A stretch of DNA of 64,000 nucleotides from Myxococcota bacterium. Its GTDB lineage: Bacteria > Myxococcota_A > UBA796 > SXON01. How positions within the stretch are numbered: position 1 is the stretch's first letter; the number at the start of each line of letters is the position of its first letter. The stretch lies in NCBI GenBank assembly GCA_040386535.1, contig JAZKFH010000025.1, positions 140,994-204,993 of the forward strand, written 5' to 3'. This document shows, piece by piece, positions 28,911 to 38,356 of this stretch. The position numbers and the translations under genes were made by a program. The notes beneath the pieces are model-generated. The model saw only the letters and a program-made list of their open reading frames with translations. It was not told where the DNA came from and searched no databases.

Positions 28911-29759
28911 ATGGCGGCATCCCCGGCACGCCCGCTGCGCGTCGCCCTCTTCGGCCACGGCCACATGGGGCGGCTGCACGCGCGGCACCTCGCCGGCAAC
29001 GACATCGTCCTCGTGGATCCGGCGCTGGGGCTCCGCGGAGACATCGCCGGCATCGACGCGGCGGTCATCGCCACGCCGACCGCGACGCACGCGGCCGTGG
29101 CGCTCCCGCTGCTCGCGCGGGGCATCCCGTGCCTCGTGGAGAAGCCGCTCGCCGCCACGCTGGACGAGGCACGCGCGCTCGCGGCGTTCCCGCACCTGAT
29201 GGTGGGCCACGTCGAGCGCTTCAACCCCGCCTACGGCGCCCTCGCCGGGGTGGACGCCCGCTTCGTGGTGGCCGAGCGCGTGGGGCGCTTCACCCCCCGC
29301 GGCACCGACGTGGACGTGATCCTCGACCTGATGATCCACGATCTCGACCTGTTCCTGCACCTCACCGGTGAGGACGTGGTGGAGGTGCGCGCAAATGGAG
29401 TCGCCGTCGCGACGCAGGGCTACGACCTCGCCCAGGCGCGCGTGGAGACGACTTCGGGGCGCGTCGGCACGTTCACCGCGTCGCGTCTCGCGCGGCAGCC
29501 GGCGCGCAAGCTGCGGGTGTTCGCGACAGGCGAATACTGGAGCGTGGATCTTCGGGAGCGCCAGGTGGCGCGGGTCGCGTACGAGGCCGGCGAGCTTGTT
29601 CAGGCCCAGGTGGTGCTGCCCGAGCAGGACGCCCTCGGCGCCGAGATCGCGGCCTTCCTCGCGGCGGTCCGGGGCGAGGCCCCCTACGTCGTGACCGGCG
29701 CGGACGCGCTGCGGGCGCTCGAGCTGGCGTGGCGCATCCGGGACGCGATCCGCGCGTGA
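28911..29759 (+). CDS. Gfo/Idh/MocA oxidoreductase (GnnA-like)
   Basis: GHGHMG, EKP, VGHVERFNP, DLMIHDLD; located between lpxA and lpxB. Confidence 0.85.
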   Translation: MAASPARPLRVALFGHGHMGRLHARHLAGNDIVLVDPALGLRGDIAGIDAAVIATPTATHAAVALPLLARGIPCLVEKPLAATLDEARALAAFPHLMVGHVERFNPAYGALAGVDARFVVAERVGRFTPRGTDVDVILDLMIHDLDLFLHLTGEDVVEVRANGVAVATQGYDLAQARVETTSGRVGTFTASRLARQPARKLRVFATGEYWSVDLRERQVARVAYEAGELVQAQVVLPEQDALGAEIAAFLAAVRGEAPYVVTGADALRALELAWRIRDAIRA

Positions 29760-30841
29760 AGCGCATCCTCGTCAGCGCGCAGGAAGCGTCCGGTGATCGG
29801 CTCGGCGCCGAGCTGATCGCGGCGATGCGGGCCCCTGGAGACGGCGGCGAATTCGAGGTGCACGGGCTCGTCGGGCCGCTCCTCGCGGGGGCGGGCGCCC
29901 TCCCGCTCCCCGACAGCCGCCCGATGAACCCCGTCATGGGCCTCGTGGAGGTGCTCCAGCACCTCGGGGAGCTGCGCCACAACACGGTCGCGATGGCGCG
30001 CGCGATCGACACGCGGCCCGATCTACTCGTCGTCATCGACGCCCCCGACTTCAACCTTCCGCTCGCGCGCGCCGCCAAGGCGAAGGGTGTGCCCGTGGTG
30101 GGGCTGGTCAGTCCGCAGCTCTGGGCATGGCGGGCAGGCCGCGCACGGGACATCGCCCGCTCGATGGACCTGTTGTTGTGCCTCTTCCCCTTCGAGCCGG
30201 CGTTCTTCGTGCCCCACGGCCTCGACGCGCGCTGGATCGGCCACCCCGCGGTCGACCGCGTCCGCCCGTCCGCCCGCGAGCCCGGGGTCGTCGCGCTGTT
30301 TCCCGGCTCCCGTCGCTCCGAGATCAAGCGGCTCCTCGCGCCCTTCCTCGCCGCCGTGGCGGGGCTCGACGCGCGAGAGGTGTTGCTCCCGCTCGCGGCC
30401 TCGCTCTCTCCGGCGGACCTCGGCCCGCTCCCCCCCAACGTGCGCCTGTGCACCTCGGAGGAGGCCCTCGCCCGGGCCGACCGCGCGCTCACCAAGTCGG
30501 GCACGAGCACCCTGGAGATCGCGCTGGCGGGCATCCCGATGGTGGTGGCGCACCGGGTGCACCCGCTGACCTACTGGCTGGGCCGGCTGCTCGTGCGGGG
30601 GGTGCGGCACCTCGCGCTCCCGAACATCCTGCTGAAGCGGGAGGCGGTGCCCGAGTACGTGCAGGACTTCACGCCCGCGCAGCTGACCGCGGCGCTGCAC
30701 GCGGCGGAGCGGCCGCCCACCGAGGAGCTCGCGGCCTTCCTGGGCGCCCCCGGGGTGGCGGAGCGGGCCGCGGCCGCGGTGTGGGAGCTCCTCGACCGAG
30801 GAGCGCTCCGCACCGTCAGTGGATCGCCGAGCTCGGGTTGA
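29756..30841 (+). CDS. lpxB: lipid-A-disaccharide synthase
   Basis: EASGD, MGLVEVL, IDAPDFN, SPQLWAWR, PFE, GHP, PGSR, SGT, LPNI. Confidence 0.95.
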   Translation: MKRILVSAQEASGDRLGAELIAAMRAPGDGGEFEVHGLVGPLLAGAGALPLPDSRPMNPVMGLVEVLQHLGELRHNTVAMARAIDTRPDLLVVIDAPDFNLPLARAAKAKGVPVVGLVSPQLWAWRAGRARDIARSMDLLLCLFPFEPAFFVPHGLDARWIGHPAVDRVRPSAREPGVVALFPGSRRSEIKRLLAPFLAAVAGLDAREVLLPLAASLSPADLGPLPPNVRLCTSEEALARADRALTKSGTSTLEIALAGIPMVVAHRVHPLTYWLGRLLVRGVRHLALPNILLKREAVPEYVQDFTPAQLTAALHAAERPPTEELAAFLGAPGVAERAAAAVWELLDRGALRTVSGSPSSG

Positions 30842-32627
30842 TCTTCTCGGAGAGGTGCAGGTAGAAGCGCTTGAGCCACGCGCCGACCTCTTCGAGGTTG
30901 GTCTTGTCGCTCGACTTCGCCAGGGCCATGCGGCCGCGCTTCAGCGCCTGCTCGAGCTCCGACACGTCGGACTTGTGGAGCACGGAGCGCTGCTCGCGCA
31001 GGAAGGTCTCCAGCGTGACGAGGTGGCGCTCGACCTGGAAGCGGAGCTCCTTGAGCGCGGTCGCGGTCTCCTGGTCGCGCTCGTAGCTGGCGGCCTCCTC
31101 GCGGAGCTGCTCCACCTCGAGCTTCGAGAGGCCCGTGGGCGCCTGGATCGTGATGTTCCCGTGCGCGCCGCCGCGGGTGTCGCGGGCGCTCACGTTGACG
31201 ATGCCGTTCGCGTCGATCCCGAACTTGACCTCGATGCGTGGGGCGCCGCGCGGCGCGGCTTCGATGCCGGAGAGCTCGAACTCGCCCAGGCTGGTGTTGT
31301 CGGTCGCGAGCGCGTTCTCGCCCTGGAGGACGTGGATCTTCACCGTGCGCTGGTTCTCCACGACCGTGGAGACGAGCTGGACGCGCTGGGCGGGGATGAC
31401 CGTGTTCTTCGGGATCAGCTTGGCGAACTTGCGCCCTTCGACCTCGATCCCGAGCGAGAGGCTGGTCACGTCGAGCAGGGTGACCGACTTGACCTCTCCT
31501 TCGAGGATGCCGGCCTGGATCGCGGCGCCGATCGCGACGACTTCGTCGGGATTGAACGCCTGGTTGAGCGGCCGCCGGAAAAAGTCGCGGACGAGCTCCT
31601 TCACGCGGGGGATGCGGCTGCTCCCGCCCACCATCACGATCTCGTCGATGTCCTCGACGTTGAGCTTCGCGTCGGCGAGGGCGCGGCGGCACTCCTCGAT
31701 GGTCTTCTCGAAGAGGGGGAGGGCCATGATCTCGAACTGGGCGCGCGTCAGCGTGCACTGCAAGTGCAGCGGGCCGTCCTGCGTGGCGGTCAGGAAGGGG
31801 AGCTGGACCTCGGTGTCGAGCGCGGCGGAGAGCTCGAGCTTGGCCCGCTCGGCCGCGTCCCGGACGCGCTGGCGCACGACCTTGTCACCCGAAATGTCGA
31901 AGCCGTGTTCTTTGCGGAACTGCTCGAGCAGCCAGTCCATGATCAGCTTGTCGATGTCGCCGCCGCCGAGCGCGTTGTTGCCGCGGGTGGCGCGCACCTC
32001 GCCCAGATCCCGATCGATCTGAACGATGGAGATGTCGAACGTGCCCCCGCCGAAGTCGAACACCGCGATGGTGGACGACTTGCGACGGTCGTGCAGGTAG
32101 GCGAGGGCCGCGGCGGTTGGCTCGTTGATGATCCGGAGCACGTTGAGCCCCGCGATCGTGCCCGCGTCCTTCGTGGCCTGGCGCTGGCGGTCGTTGAAGT
32201 GGGCCGGGACGGTGATGATCGCCTCGGTCACCGCCTCGCCCAGGAAGTCCTCGGCCGAGCGCTTCAGCTTCTGGAGGATCATGGCCGAGATTTCGGGGGG
32301 CGTGAACGTGCGCCCGGCCACCTCGAAGCCGCACTCCGAATTCTTGCCCTCGGTCACCTTGTAGTTGACGAGGGGGAGGTCCTTGCCGGCCTCGCGGAAC
32401 CGCTTCCCCATGAAGCGCTTGACCGAGTGGATCGTGGCGTCGGGATTGATGAGCATCTGGCGCTTGGCGATGTCACCGACGAAACGTTCGCCACTCTTGG
32501 AGAACCCCACCACCGACGGCGTGATGCGGCCACCTTCTTCGTTGATGATGACGCGGGGCTCGTTGCGATCCATGTAGGCGCAGACCGAGTTCGTGGTACC
32601 CAGGTCGATGCCGATGATTTTGCCCAT
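30816..32627 (-). CDS. Hsp70/DnaK-family chaperone (divergent paralog)
   Basis: GIDLGTTNS, TVPAHF, RIINEPTAAA, DFGGGTFD, VGGSSRIP; divergent substrate-binding domain. Confidence 0.93.
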   Translation of the reverse strand: MGKIIGIDLGTTNSVCAYMDRNEPRVIINEEGGRITPSVVGFSKSGERFVGDIAKRQMLINPDATIHSVKRFMGKRFREAGKDLPLVNYKVTEGKNSECGFEVAGRTFTPPEISAMILQKLKRSAEDFLGEAVTEAIITVPAHFNDRQRQATKDAGTIAGLNVLRIINEPTAAALAYLHDRRKSSTIAVFDFGGGTFDISIVQIDRDLGEVRATRGNNALGGGDIDKLIMDWLLEQFRKEHGFDISGDKVVRQRVRDAAERAKLELSAALDTEVQLPFLTATQDGPLHLQCTLTRAQFEIMALPLFEKTIEECRRALADAKLNVEDIDEIVMVGGSSRIPRVKELVRDFFRRPLNQAFNPDEVVAIGAAIQAGILEGEVKSVTLLDVTSLSLGIEVEGRKFAKLIPKNTVIPAQRVQLVSTVVENQRTVKIHVLQGENALATDNTSLGEFELSGIEAAPRGAPRIEVKFGIDANGIVNVSARDTRGGAHGNITIQAPTGLSKLEVEQLREEAASYERDQETATALKELRFQVERHLVTLETFLREQRSVLHKSDVSELEQALKRGRMALAKSSDKTNLEEVGAWLKRFYLHLSEKINPSSAIH

Positions 32628-32728
32628 TCAGTAGCTGCTCACGGCGGTTCGGGTGGGTCGTCGGTAGCGTAGACGGCAGGACTCGTCGCGTCAATCCGAC
32701 CGTTCCGCGCGGCGACGCGCGAGGGGGG

Positions 32729-32811
32729 TGCCCCGGGCGGGGGTCGAACCCGCATGCCCGTGAGGGCCAGGGATTTTAAGTCCCCCGTGTCTGCCATTCC
32801 ACCACCGGAGC
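32729..32811 (-). tRNA. tRNA-Leu(UAA), CCA not encoded
   Basis: GCTCCGG acceptor stem, GGAATGGCAGAC D-arm, CT-TAA-AA anticodon loop, long variable arm, GGTTCGA T-loop. Confidence 0.93.
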
Positions 32812-32940
32812 GCACCACCCTCTATCGCGCCGAGCGGCAGGAGGCGCGGGTGCGCGTCGTGAGCGCGCGTGCGGAAACCACCCCGGCGCGTTCGATGGGG
32901 GCGAAATCCTGTCCTGCGTCTTTCAGCTTGGGCGACAGCG

Positions 32941-33444
32941 TCACGGGGCGAGGGCGGCGCGGAGCGCGGGCGCATCGAGGGCGCCGTCGAACCGTGCGCG
33001 CACGGCGCCGCCGGGCTCGAGGACCAGGGTCACCGGGATGATGTCGGGCCACTCCGGGACCGCGCGGGAGAGCAGGCCCGACGCGTCCTGGGTATCGAGG
33101 TTGAACGCCGGCAGTCCGCCACCCTCGGCGGCCAGGAAACGCAGGACGACGGCCTCGCTGCCGGGGGCCTCGACGTTGACCAGCGCGAAGCGCACCTCCG
33201 GGTGCTCGGCGGCGACGTCGCGGAAGACATCCATCTCGCGCAGGCACGGCCCGCACCAGGTCGCCCAGAAGTTGATCACGAGCGGCGCGTCACCCGGGTT
33301 GGCGAGGAGGGCCACCAGCGCGGCGTCGTCGAGCGAGGCCAGGGTCGTGGTCGGCGCGGACGAGGGGAGGGGAGGGGGGCCGGCGGCGACCGTCGGAGCG
33401 GGGCCGTGCGGGCGCGCGCACGCGAGCAGGAGGAGGAGGAGCAC
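32941..33444 (-). CDS. TlpA/thioredoxin-like lipoprotein
   Basis: LLLAC lipobox; INFWATWCGPC; IPVT cis-Pro motif. Confidence 0.88.
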   Translation of the reverse strand: MLLLLLLACARPHGPAPTVAAGPPPLPSSAPTTTLASLDDAALVALLANPGDAPLVINFWATWCGPCLREMDVFRDVAAEHPEVRFALVNVEAPGSEAVVLRFLAAEGGGLPAFNLDTQDASGLLSRAVPEWPDIIPVTLVLEPGGAVRARFDGALDAPALRAALAP

Positions 33445-33500
33445 AACCTTCCGTACCTCACGCCCAACCCACGGGCTATGGCGCAGCGTGAGGAGCGCCC

Positions 33501-34235
33501 GTGCTGTTGTTGTGGCTGGGATCGTGTGCGCTGCGCTCGACGGTAGACCCCTCCGAGCGTGATCGCGCGCTGGCGGAAGCGGATCTGCGCTGGGAGGCCC
33601 GCGCCGAGCCGGGCAACCTCGACGCCTCGATGGAGATCCTGCTGGGGGCGCTCTCGCTCGGGCCGGACGATCCGCAGCTGCTCGCCCGGCTCGCCCGCGG
33701 CGAGTGGACCCGCGCGCAGCTCGAGCCCGGGCTCACGCACCTCGAGATCGCGCAGGACTACGGCTATCGCTGCCTCATGAGCTGGCCCGGGTTCGCCGCG
33801 CGGGTCGACGTGGCCGGGTACGTGGTCACCGAGGACGCCGCCGCGGAGCTGCCCAAGGACGCCGAGGCGTGCCTCGTGTGGACCGTCGCGTCCGGGCTCG
33901 GCCTGGTGGAGCACCGGGGCGCCGGCGCGGCGCTGGAGCTGGCCTCCGTCGCGCTGCTGCTCGACCGGCTCGTGGCGATGAAGGGCGAAGCCGCGCCGGG
34001 CTTCGTCGCGTGGGAGCAGGCCCAGCTCCAGCTGCTCCGGGGCGCCCCCGACACCCAGGAGGTTCGTCGCCTGCTCGGGGCGGCGATCGCGGCCGCGCCA
34101 AACGTGCTGCTGTTCCGCGTCGACCTTGCCCTGGCGCTCCCGGACGCGCGAAGCGCGCTCGACGGCTTCACGCCCGCCTCCCCCGACCGTTGGGCGCTGG
34201 AGAACGCGGCTTGGAAGGCGAAGCTGGCCCGATAG
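33501..34235 (+). CDS. hypothetical helical/TPR-like lipoprotein (distantly TatT-like)
   Basis: LGSC lipobox; Ala/Leu-rich helical repeats; family guess is weak. Confidence 0.6.
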   Translation: MLLLWLGSCALRSTVDPSERDRALAEADLRWEARAEPGNLDASMEILLGALSLGPDDPQLLARLARGEWTRAQLEPGLTHLEIAQDYGYRCLMSWPGFAARVDVAGYVVTEDAAAELPKDAEACLVWTVASGLGLVEHRGAGAALELASVALLLDRLVAMKGEAAPGFVAWEQAQLQLLRGAPDTQEVRRLLGAAIAAAPNVLLFRVDLALALPDARSALDGFTPASPDRWALENAAWKAKLAR

Positions 34236-34282
34236 CGGCGGGGAGCGGGCGGATCCGGTCGCGGCTGGGAAGCGGGGGGCCC

Positions 34283-34321
34283 AAAAACACGAAAGCCCAC
34301 GCCGAGGCGTGGGTGTTCGTG
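34283..34321 (-). terminator. intrinsic terminator of rpsU
   Basis: Minus strand cacgaacacccacgc-ctcg-gcgtgggctttcgtg followed by TTTTT. Confidence 0.8.
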
Positions 34322-34357
34322 GCTCGAGTCCATGCCGGCATTTCTGCCGGCAACGGA

Positions 34358-34585
34358 CTACGCGGCGGTGGGCCCCTTCATGATGGGCTTGCGCGCGGCG
34401 CGACGAGCGGCCTTCCTGCGGCGCTTCTCGGCGAGGCGCTGCTTGAGGCGACGCTTCTCCCCCGGCTTGAGGTAGAAACTGTTCTTCTTGATGTCCTTGC
34501 GGATCCCCTCACGCTCCACCTTGCGGCGGAAACGGCGGAGGGCTTTCTCGAAGGGCTCGTTGTCGCGGACGGTGACGATAACCAA
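34358..34585 (-). CDS. rpsU: 30S ribosomal protein S21
   Basis: VRDNEPFEKALRRFRRKVEREGI, FYLKPG; probable TTG start. Confidence 0.93.
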   Translation of the reverse strand: MVIVTVRDNEPFEKALRRFRRKVEREGIRKDIKKNSFYLKPGEKRRLKQRLAEKRRRKAARRAARKPIMKGPTAA

Positions 34586-34645
34586 GGGTTCGCTCCAATA
34601 TCTCAATGCGCGGCGGCGATTATCCGATGCCCCGCGGATGCGCAA

Positions 34646-35449
34646 CTAGAACGTGATGCCTACCGAGGCGCCGCCGTACGGCAGCAGCGCGTGAACGCCG
34701 CCCTCGAGGCGAATGCTGGCGCGGTCAGAGATGCTGAACCGCGGCCCGATGTTGATGTCGATGTACGGGAGGACCGGGGGCGTCTCGATGATGCCGTCGT
34801 CCTCGCACGACTCCTGACGGACGTAGGCGGGCGTGGGCGCGGTGCCGCACGCGCCGTCTACGTTGTTGTTGTTCCCGTTCGGGTCGGACGGATCCTCGCC
34901 GGGCTGCCACTCACGCAGCTCCCCGATCTTGATCGCGCCGCCGATGCCCGCACCGAAGAGGAACGAGAACCAGTTGTTTGCCTTGATCTCGTACGCGTAG
35001 TTGGCGCCGATGAGCACCAGGCCGAGCTTGTCGGGCTCCATCCAGGAGCCGTCGAGGTGGTCGGGCGGCTCCTCCTTGTCGTCCCAGTACCCGGCCTTGA
35101 TGAGGGGGTTCAGGTACTCGACGTAGAAGATGCCGTTGGCCTTCTCGTCCTTGATCACGAACTCGATGCCCAGCGAGTAGGCGCTCACGTGCGGGCGGTC
35201 GGGGATGGTGTCGTCATCCTTGTTGTTGAAGTACGCCAGATCGAGGATGGAGTCCGGGAGATCCATGTACCGGCCGCGGAACCCGACTTCCATCAGGAAC
35301 TTGCGCTTGCGGGGCGGCGTCGCCTCCGGCATCACGGACAACGACTCCACTTCGGTGGAGGTGGGCGCGGGCTCCGTGGAGGGCTCCTCCGGAGTGTCCT
35401 CTTGGGCGAGCGCGGGGGTGACCAGGGCCAGCAGCGAGGCGTACAACAT
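34646..35449 (-). CDS. hypothetical outer-membrane beta-barrel-like protein
   Basis: Signal peptide ALA-Q, alternating beta strands, C-terminal GASVGITF. Confidence 0.7.
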   Translation of the reverse strand: MLYASLLALVTPALAQEDTPEEPSTEPAPTSTEVESLSVMPEATPPRKRKFLMEVGFRGRYMDLPDSILDLAYFNNKDDDTIPDRPHVSAYSLGIEFVIKDEKANGIFYVEYLNPLIKAGYWDDKEEPPDHLDGSWMEPDKLGLVLIGANYAYEIKANNWFSFLFGAGIGGAIKIGELREWQPGEDPSDPNGNNNNVDGACGTAPTPAYVRQESCEDDGIIETPPVLPYIDINIGPRFSISDRASIRLEGGVHALLPYGGASVGITF

Positions 35450-35458
35450 GTCGCGACC

Positions 35459-35511
35459 TTGACAGGGGGGAAGTTGAGCGGCATGGTCCCCGACCGGGGG
35501 CACGATGTCAA
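35459..35511. promoter_or_regulatory. putative overlapping divergent sigma70 promoters
   Basis: Plus strand TTGACA(35459)-17-CATGGT; minus strand TTGACA(35511-35506)-17-GACCAT. Confidence 0.45.
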
Positions 35512-35963
35512 TGTTGTGGGCCCTGCTCGTCGCGGCCTGTACGCTGCACGTCGGCGTGATGCCGGCCTCGGGTGCGTGGGCGGTAGGCGACGTTTCGGCC
35601 CCTGTCGCCGAGCCCGACGCCGAGAGCTGGGTGCGGGAGTCGGTGACCACGGCGCTCGCGTCGAGGCGCGCGCTCGACCCCGCGGGCGCCCCGATCCGGG
35701 TGACCGTGACCGAGGCGTCGTGGTCGCCCACGCGCCGCTCGGGGGACGTGCTGCTCTACGACGCGCGGCTCACCTTGCGCCTGGAGGCGGGTGATCGCGT
35801 CGTCACGCGGACCCGCACCCGCACCGCGGTCGACCCCGGCGACGCCGCTGGTGCGCGGGCCCTGCGCGAGGACACCCTGCGCATGCTCGCCCGCGCGGCG
35901 GCGGAGGACGGCATCACGTGGTTGCTCGCGCCCGGAGCCAAGGCGCCCGACGCCGGGCTATGA
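35505..35963 (+). CDS. LptE-like lipoprotein
   Basis: VAAC lipobox, about 150 aa, directly upstream of holA (lptE-holA synteny). Confidence 0.65.
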   Translation: MSMLWALLVAACTLHVGVMPASGAWAVGDVSAPVAEPDAESWVRESVTTALASRRALDPAGAPIRVTVTEASWSPTRRSGDVLLYDARLTLRLEAGDRVVTRTRTRTAVDPGDAAGARALREDTLRMLARAAAEDGITWLLAPGAKAPDAGL

Positions 35964-35976
35964 CGCCGGATCCGCC

Positions 35977-36975
35977 ATGAACCCGCTCGACGCCGTCACC
36001 ACCTCCCTCGCCAACCCGCCGCCCGTGTACGTCCTCGTCGGGCCCGAGTCGCTGCTCGTGCGCCAGGCCGAGGAGGAGGTGCGCGTCGCCATCGCGAGCG
36101 GCCCGGTCGCCGCCTTCAACCACGCCGTGTTCACCGCGGGCGAGGACGGCGCGCTCGCGTTTCGTGACGTGGCGGCCACGGCGCCGATGATGGCCGCGCG
36201 GCGGCTCGTCGTCATCCGGCAGGTGCAGGACGCCAACGCCGCCCTGCTCGACGCCGTGCTGGCCTACGTGGGCGCGCCCAGCCCGACCACGGTGCTCGTG
36301 CTGAGCGGCGAGAAGTTCCCCGGGGCCAGCGGCGGTGTCGACCGCGGCCTCCGCATCATGAACGCGGCGAAAAAGGTGGGGCTCGTCCTGAAGCTCGACG
36401 GCGAGGGCGTCGACGCCGCGGCGTTCGCCACGACGCGGGTCAAGGAGCGGGGGGCGCGCATCGAGCGCGACGCGGCGATGCTCCTGGTCGAGTTCTCGGG
36501 CGGCGAGCTCTCGCTGGTCGCCGCGGACGCGGAGAAGTGTGCCGACTTCGTGGGGCAGGGGGGCAACGTGACCCGCGCGGTGGTGGAGGAGGTGTGTGCG
36601 TCCACCGCCGAGGCCGATGTGTGGGCCCTCACCGACGCGATCGTGACCCGAGACGCGGACCGCGGGCTCGCGACGCTGCACCGCCTGCTCGAAGACGGCG
36701 AGGCGCCCCACAAGCTCCTCGCCTCGGTCGCGTGGCAGGTACGCCAGGTGCTCGCGCTCCAGGACGCCGCCCGCCGCGGCATCTCCGAGCGCGAGGCCAA
36801 CATCCGCATGCCGCCGCAGAAGTTGCGCATGATCCGTGAGGTCGTGGCGAAGCGCCCGGTCTCGCCGTCGGCGCTCTTGGAAGAGCTCGCGGCGGTGAAC
36901 CACAAGATGAACTCGTCCCGCGCGGGCGATCGGCGCATCTTCGAGGCGTTCGTCCTACGGCTCGTCCAGAAGTAG
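35977..36975 (+). CDS. holA: DNA polymerase III subunit delta
   Basis: PVYVLVGPE, PMMAARRLVVI, VWALTDAI; adjacent to rpsT. Confidence 0.9.
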   Translation: MNPLDAVTTSLANPPPVYVLVGPESLLVRQAEEEVRVAIASGPVAAFNHAVFTAGEDGALAFRDVAATAPMMAARRLVVIRQVQDANAALLDAVLAYVGAPSPTTVLVLSGEKFPGASGGVDRGLRIMNAAKKVGLVLKLDGEGVDAAAFATTRVKERGARIERDAAMLLVEFSGGELSLVAADAEKCADFVGQGGNVTRAVVEEVCASTAEADVWALTDAIVTRDADRGLATLHRLLEDGEAPHKLLASVAWQVRQVLALQDAARRGISEREANIRMPPQKLRMIREVVAKRPVSPSALLEELAAVNHKMNSSRAGDRRIFEAFVLRLVQK

Positions 36976-37056
36976 GCGGAGGCCGCTGGTCGAACCTACG
37001 GGATGACGGCTACGTTGGCGCGTACGGAAAGGGTGCAAAAATGCCAGCAGCGCCCC

Positions 37057-37087
37057 ACGGCCGGAGCCGAGGAGCGTTGCTGAGGCA
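37057..37087 (-). terminator. probable intrinsic terminator of rpsT
   Basis: Imperfect long hairpin with an AAAAA run on plus (U-tract on minus) between convergent holA and rpsT. Confidence 0.55.
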
Positions 37088-37109
37088 ACGAGCCGAACCG
37101 AGCGGACGC

Positions 37110-37394
37110 CTATTCGGCGGCCGTTCCGGTCGCCTTGAGGCCGTTGACCGCCTTGGCGAGGCGGCTGATGCGGCGAGCCGCGTTGCGGGGGTGGATGACA
37201 CCCTTCTGCGCGAGCTTGTGCAACAGGGACACGGTCGAGGGCAGGTCGGCCGCGGCGGCGGCGGCATCGCCACCGACGACGAGCGACTTGAGCTCCTTGA
37301 CCTTGCTGCGCATGCGGGAACGGTAGGCCCGGTTCCGCTGGTTGGCGGCCTGGCTGGTGCGGATGCGCTTGATCGCGTCCTTGTGATGAGCCAC
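37110..37394 (-). CDS. rpsT: 30S ribosomal protein S20
   Basis: AHHKDAIKRIR, KGVIHPRNAARRISRL; GTG start. Confidence 0.95.
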   Translation of the reverse strand: MAHHKDAIKRIRTSQAANQRNRAYRSRMRSKVKELKSLVVGGDAAAAAADLPSTVSLLHKLAQKGVIHPRNAARRISRLAKAVNGLKATGTAAE

Positions 37395-37410
37395 GGGAAT
37401 CTCCAATTTA

Positions 37411-37447
37411 GGGCGCGGCCAACTATCTCGGGCGCCATCGTTGTCAA
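37411..37447 (-). promoter_or_regulatory. putative rpsT promoter
   Basis: TTGACA at 37447-37442, TAGTTG 16 nt downstream, then GC-rich discriminator-like GCCGCGCCC. Confidence 0.5.
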
Positions 37448-37531
37448 GGCGGGGCCGACCCGGTAGAAACAGGAATCCTCGCGCCCCGTCCCCCTGGGGC
37501 CCCCCGTCCTCCCTTCTGCTCCCCGTAGTAC

Positions 37532-38356
37532 ATGCACGCGCTTCAGGCTCCCCACCTGTCGAGCGCGGCCCGCGTCGCCGATCCCCCGGTCCATATCGGG
37601 GTGTACGACGGGCCCCTCGAGCTGTTGCTTTTCCTGGTTCGCCGGGAAGGTGTGGACGTGCGCGACATCCCGGTCGCCCGGATCTGCGACGCATACCTGT
37701 CCTACCTCGACAAAGCGGACGAGATCGACGTCGACCAGGCGGGGGACTACCTCGTGATGGCCGCGACGTTGTGCCAGCTCAAGGCGCGCGAGTTGTTGCC
37801 CCGGGCGGCCGAGTCGAAGGAAGAAGAGGAGGAGATCGACCCGCGCGAGGCGCTTGCGCGTCGCCTCCTCGAGTACGAGCGCTTTCGTGACGCCGCCGAG
37901 GAGCTGGGGAAGCGCGAGCGCCTCGACCGCGACGTGTTCGCCCGCATCGCCGAGCCCCCCGCGCCGGACGAGCAGCACATCGACCCGGGCACGGACGCGT
38001 TCGGGCTGCTCCGCATCTTCTACGCGGTGGCCGAGCGCGCCGCGCGCCCGCCACACGAGCATCGTGTCGTCCGCGAGCGCTTCTCCTTCGCGGACACCGT
38101 GCGGTGGATCCTCGGGCGCCTGCCCCCTGGCGAGGAGACCCTCCTCTCCGAGCTGATGATGGAGGTGACCACGCGCTCGCGGCGCATCTTCACCTTCCTC
38201 GGCGTGCTGGAGATGGCGCGGCTGCAGCTGGTCGACGTGGTGCAGCACCTGCACCTCGGCGCGATCCGCGTCACCGGAAAGATCAGCCTGGAAGACGCCG
38301 ACCTCTCCGCCCTCCCGATCGAGGAGACGGACGACGACGAGGCCGCGGATGGCTGA
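37532..38356 (+). CDS. scpA: segregation and condensation protein A
   Basis: YDGPLELLLFLV, YLVMAATL, KARELLP, FLGVLEM. Confidence 0.94.
   Translation: MHALQAPHLSSAARVADPPVHIGVYDGPLELLLFLVRREGVDVRDIPVARICDAYLSYLDKADEIDVDQAGDYLVMAATLCQLKARELLPRAAESKEEEEEIDPREALARRLLEYERFRDAAEELGKRERLDRDVFARIAEPPAPDEQHIDPGTDAFGLLRIFYAVAERAARPPHEHRVVRERFSFADTVRWILGRLPPGEETLLSELMMEVTTRSRRIFTFLGVLEMARLQLVDVVQHLHLGAIRVTGKISLEDADLSALPIEETDDDEAADG

Noticed and set aside
26322..29360. 1012-aa minus-strand ORF as one protein
   Set aside because: Only the last 246 codons are PCS; the rest is antisense to lpxA and the GnnA-like gene or out of frame with the sulfatase-like gene
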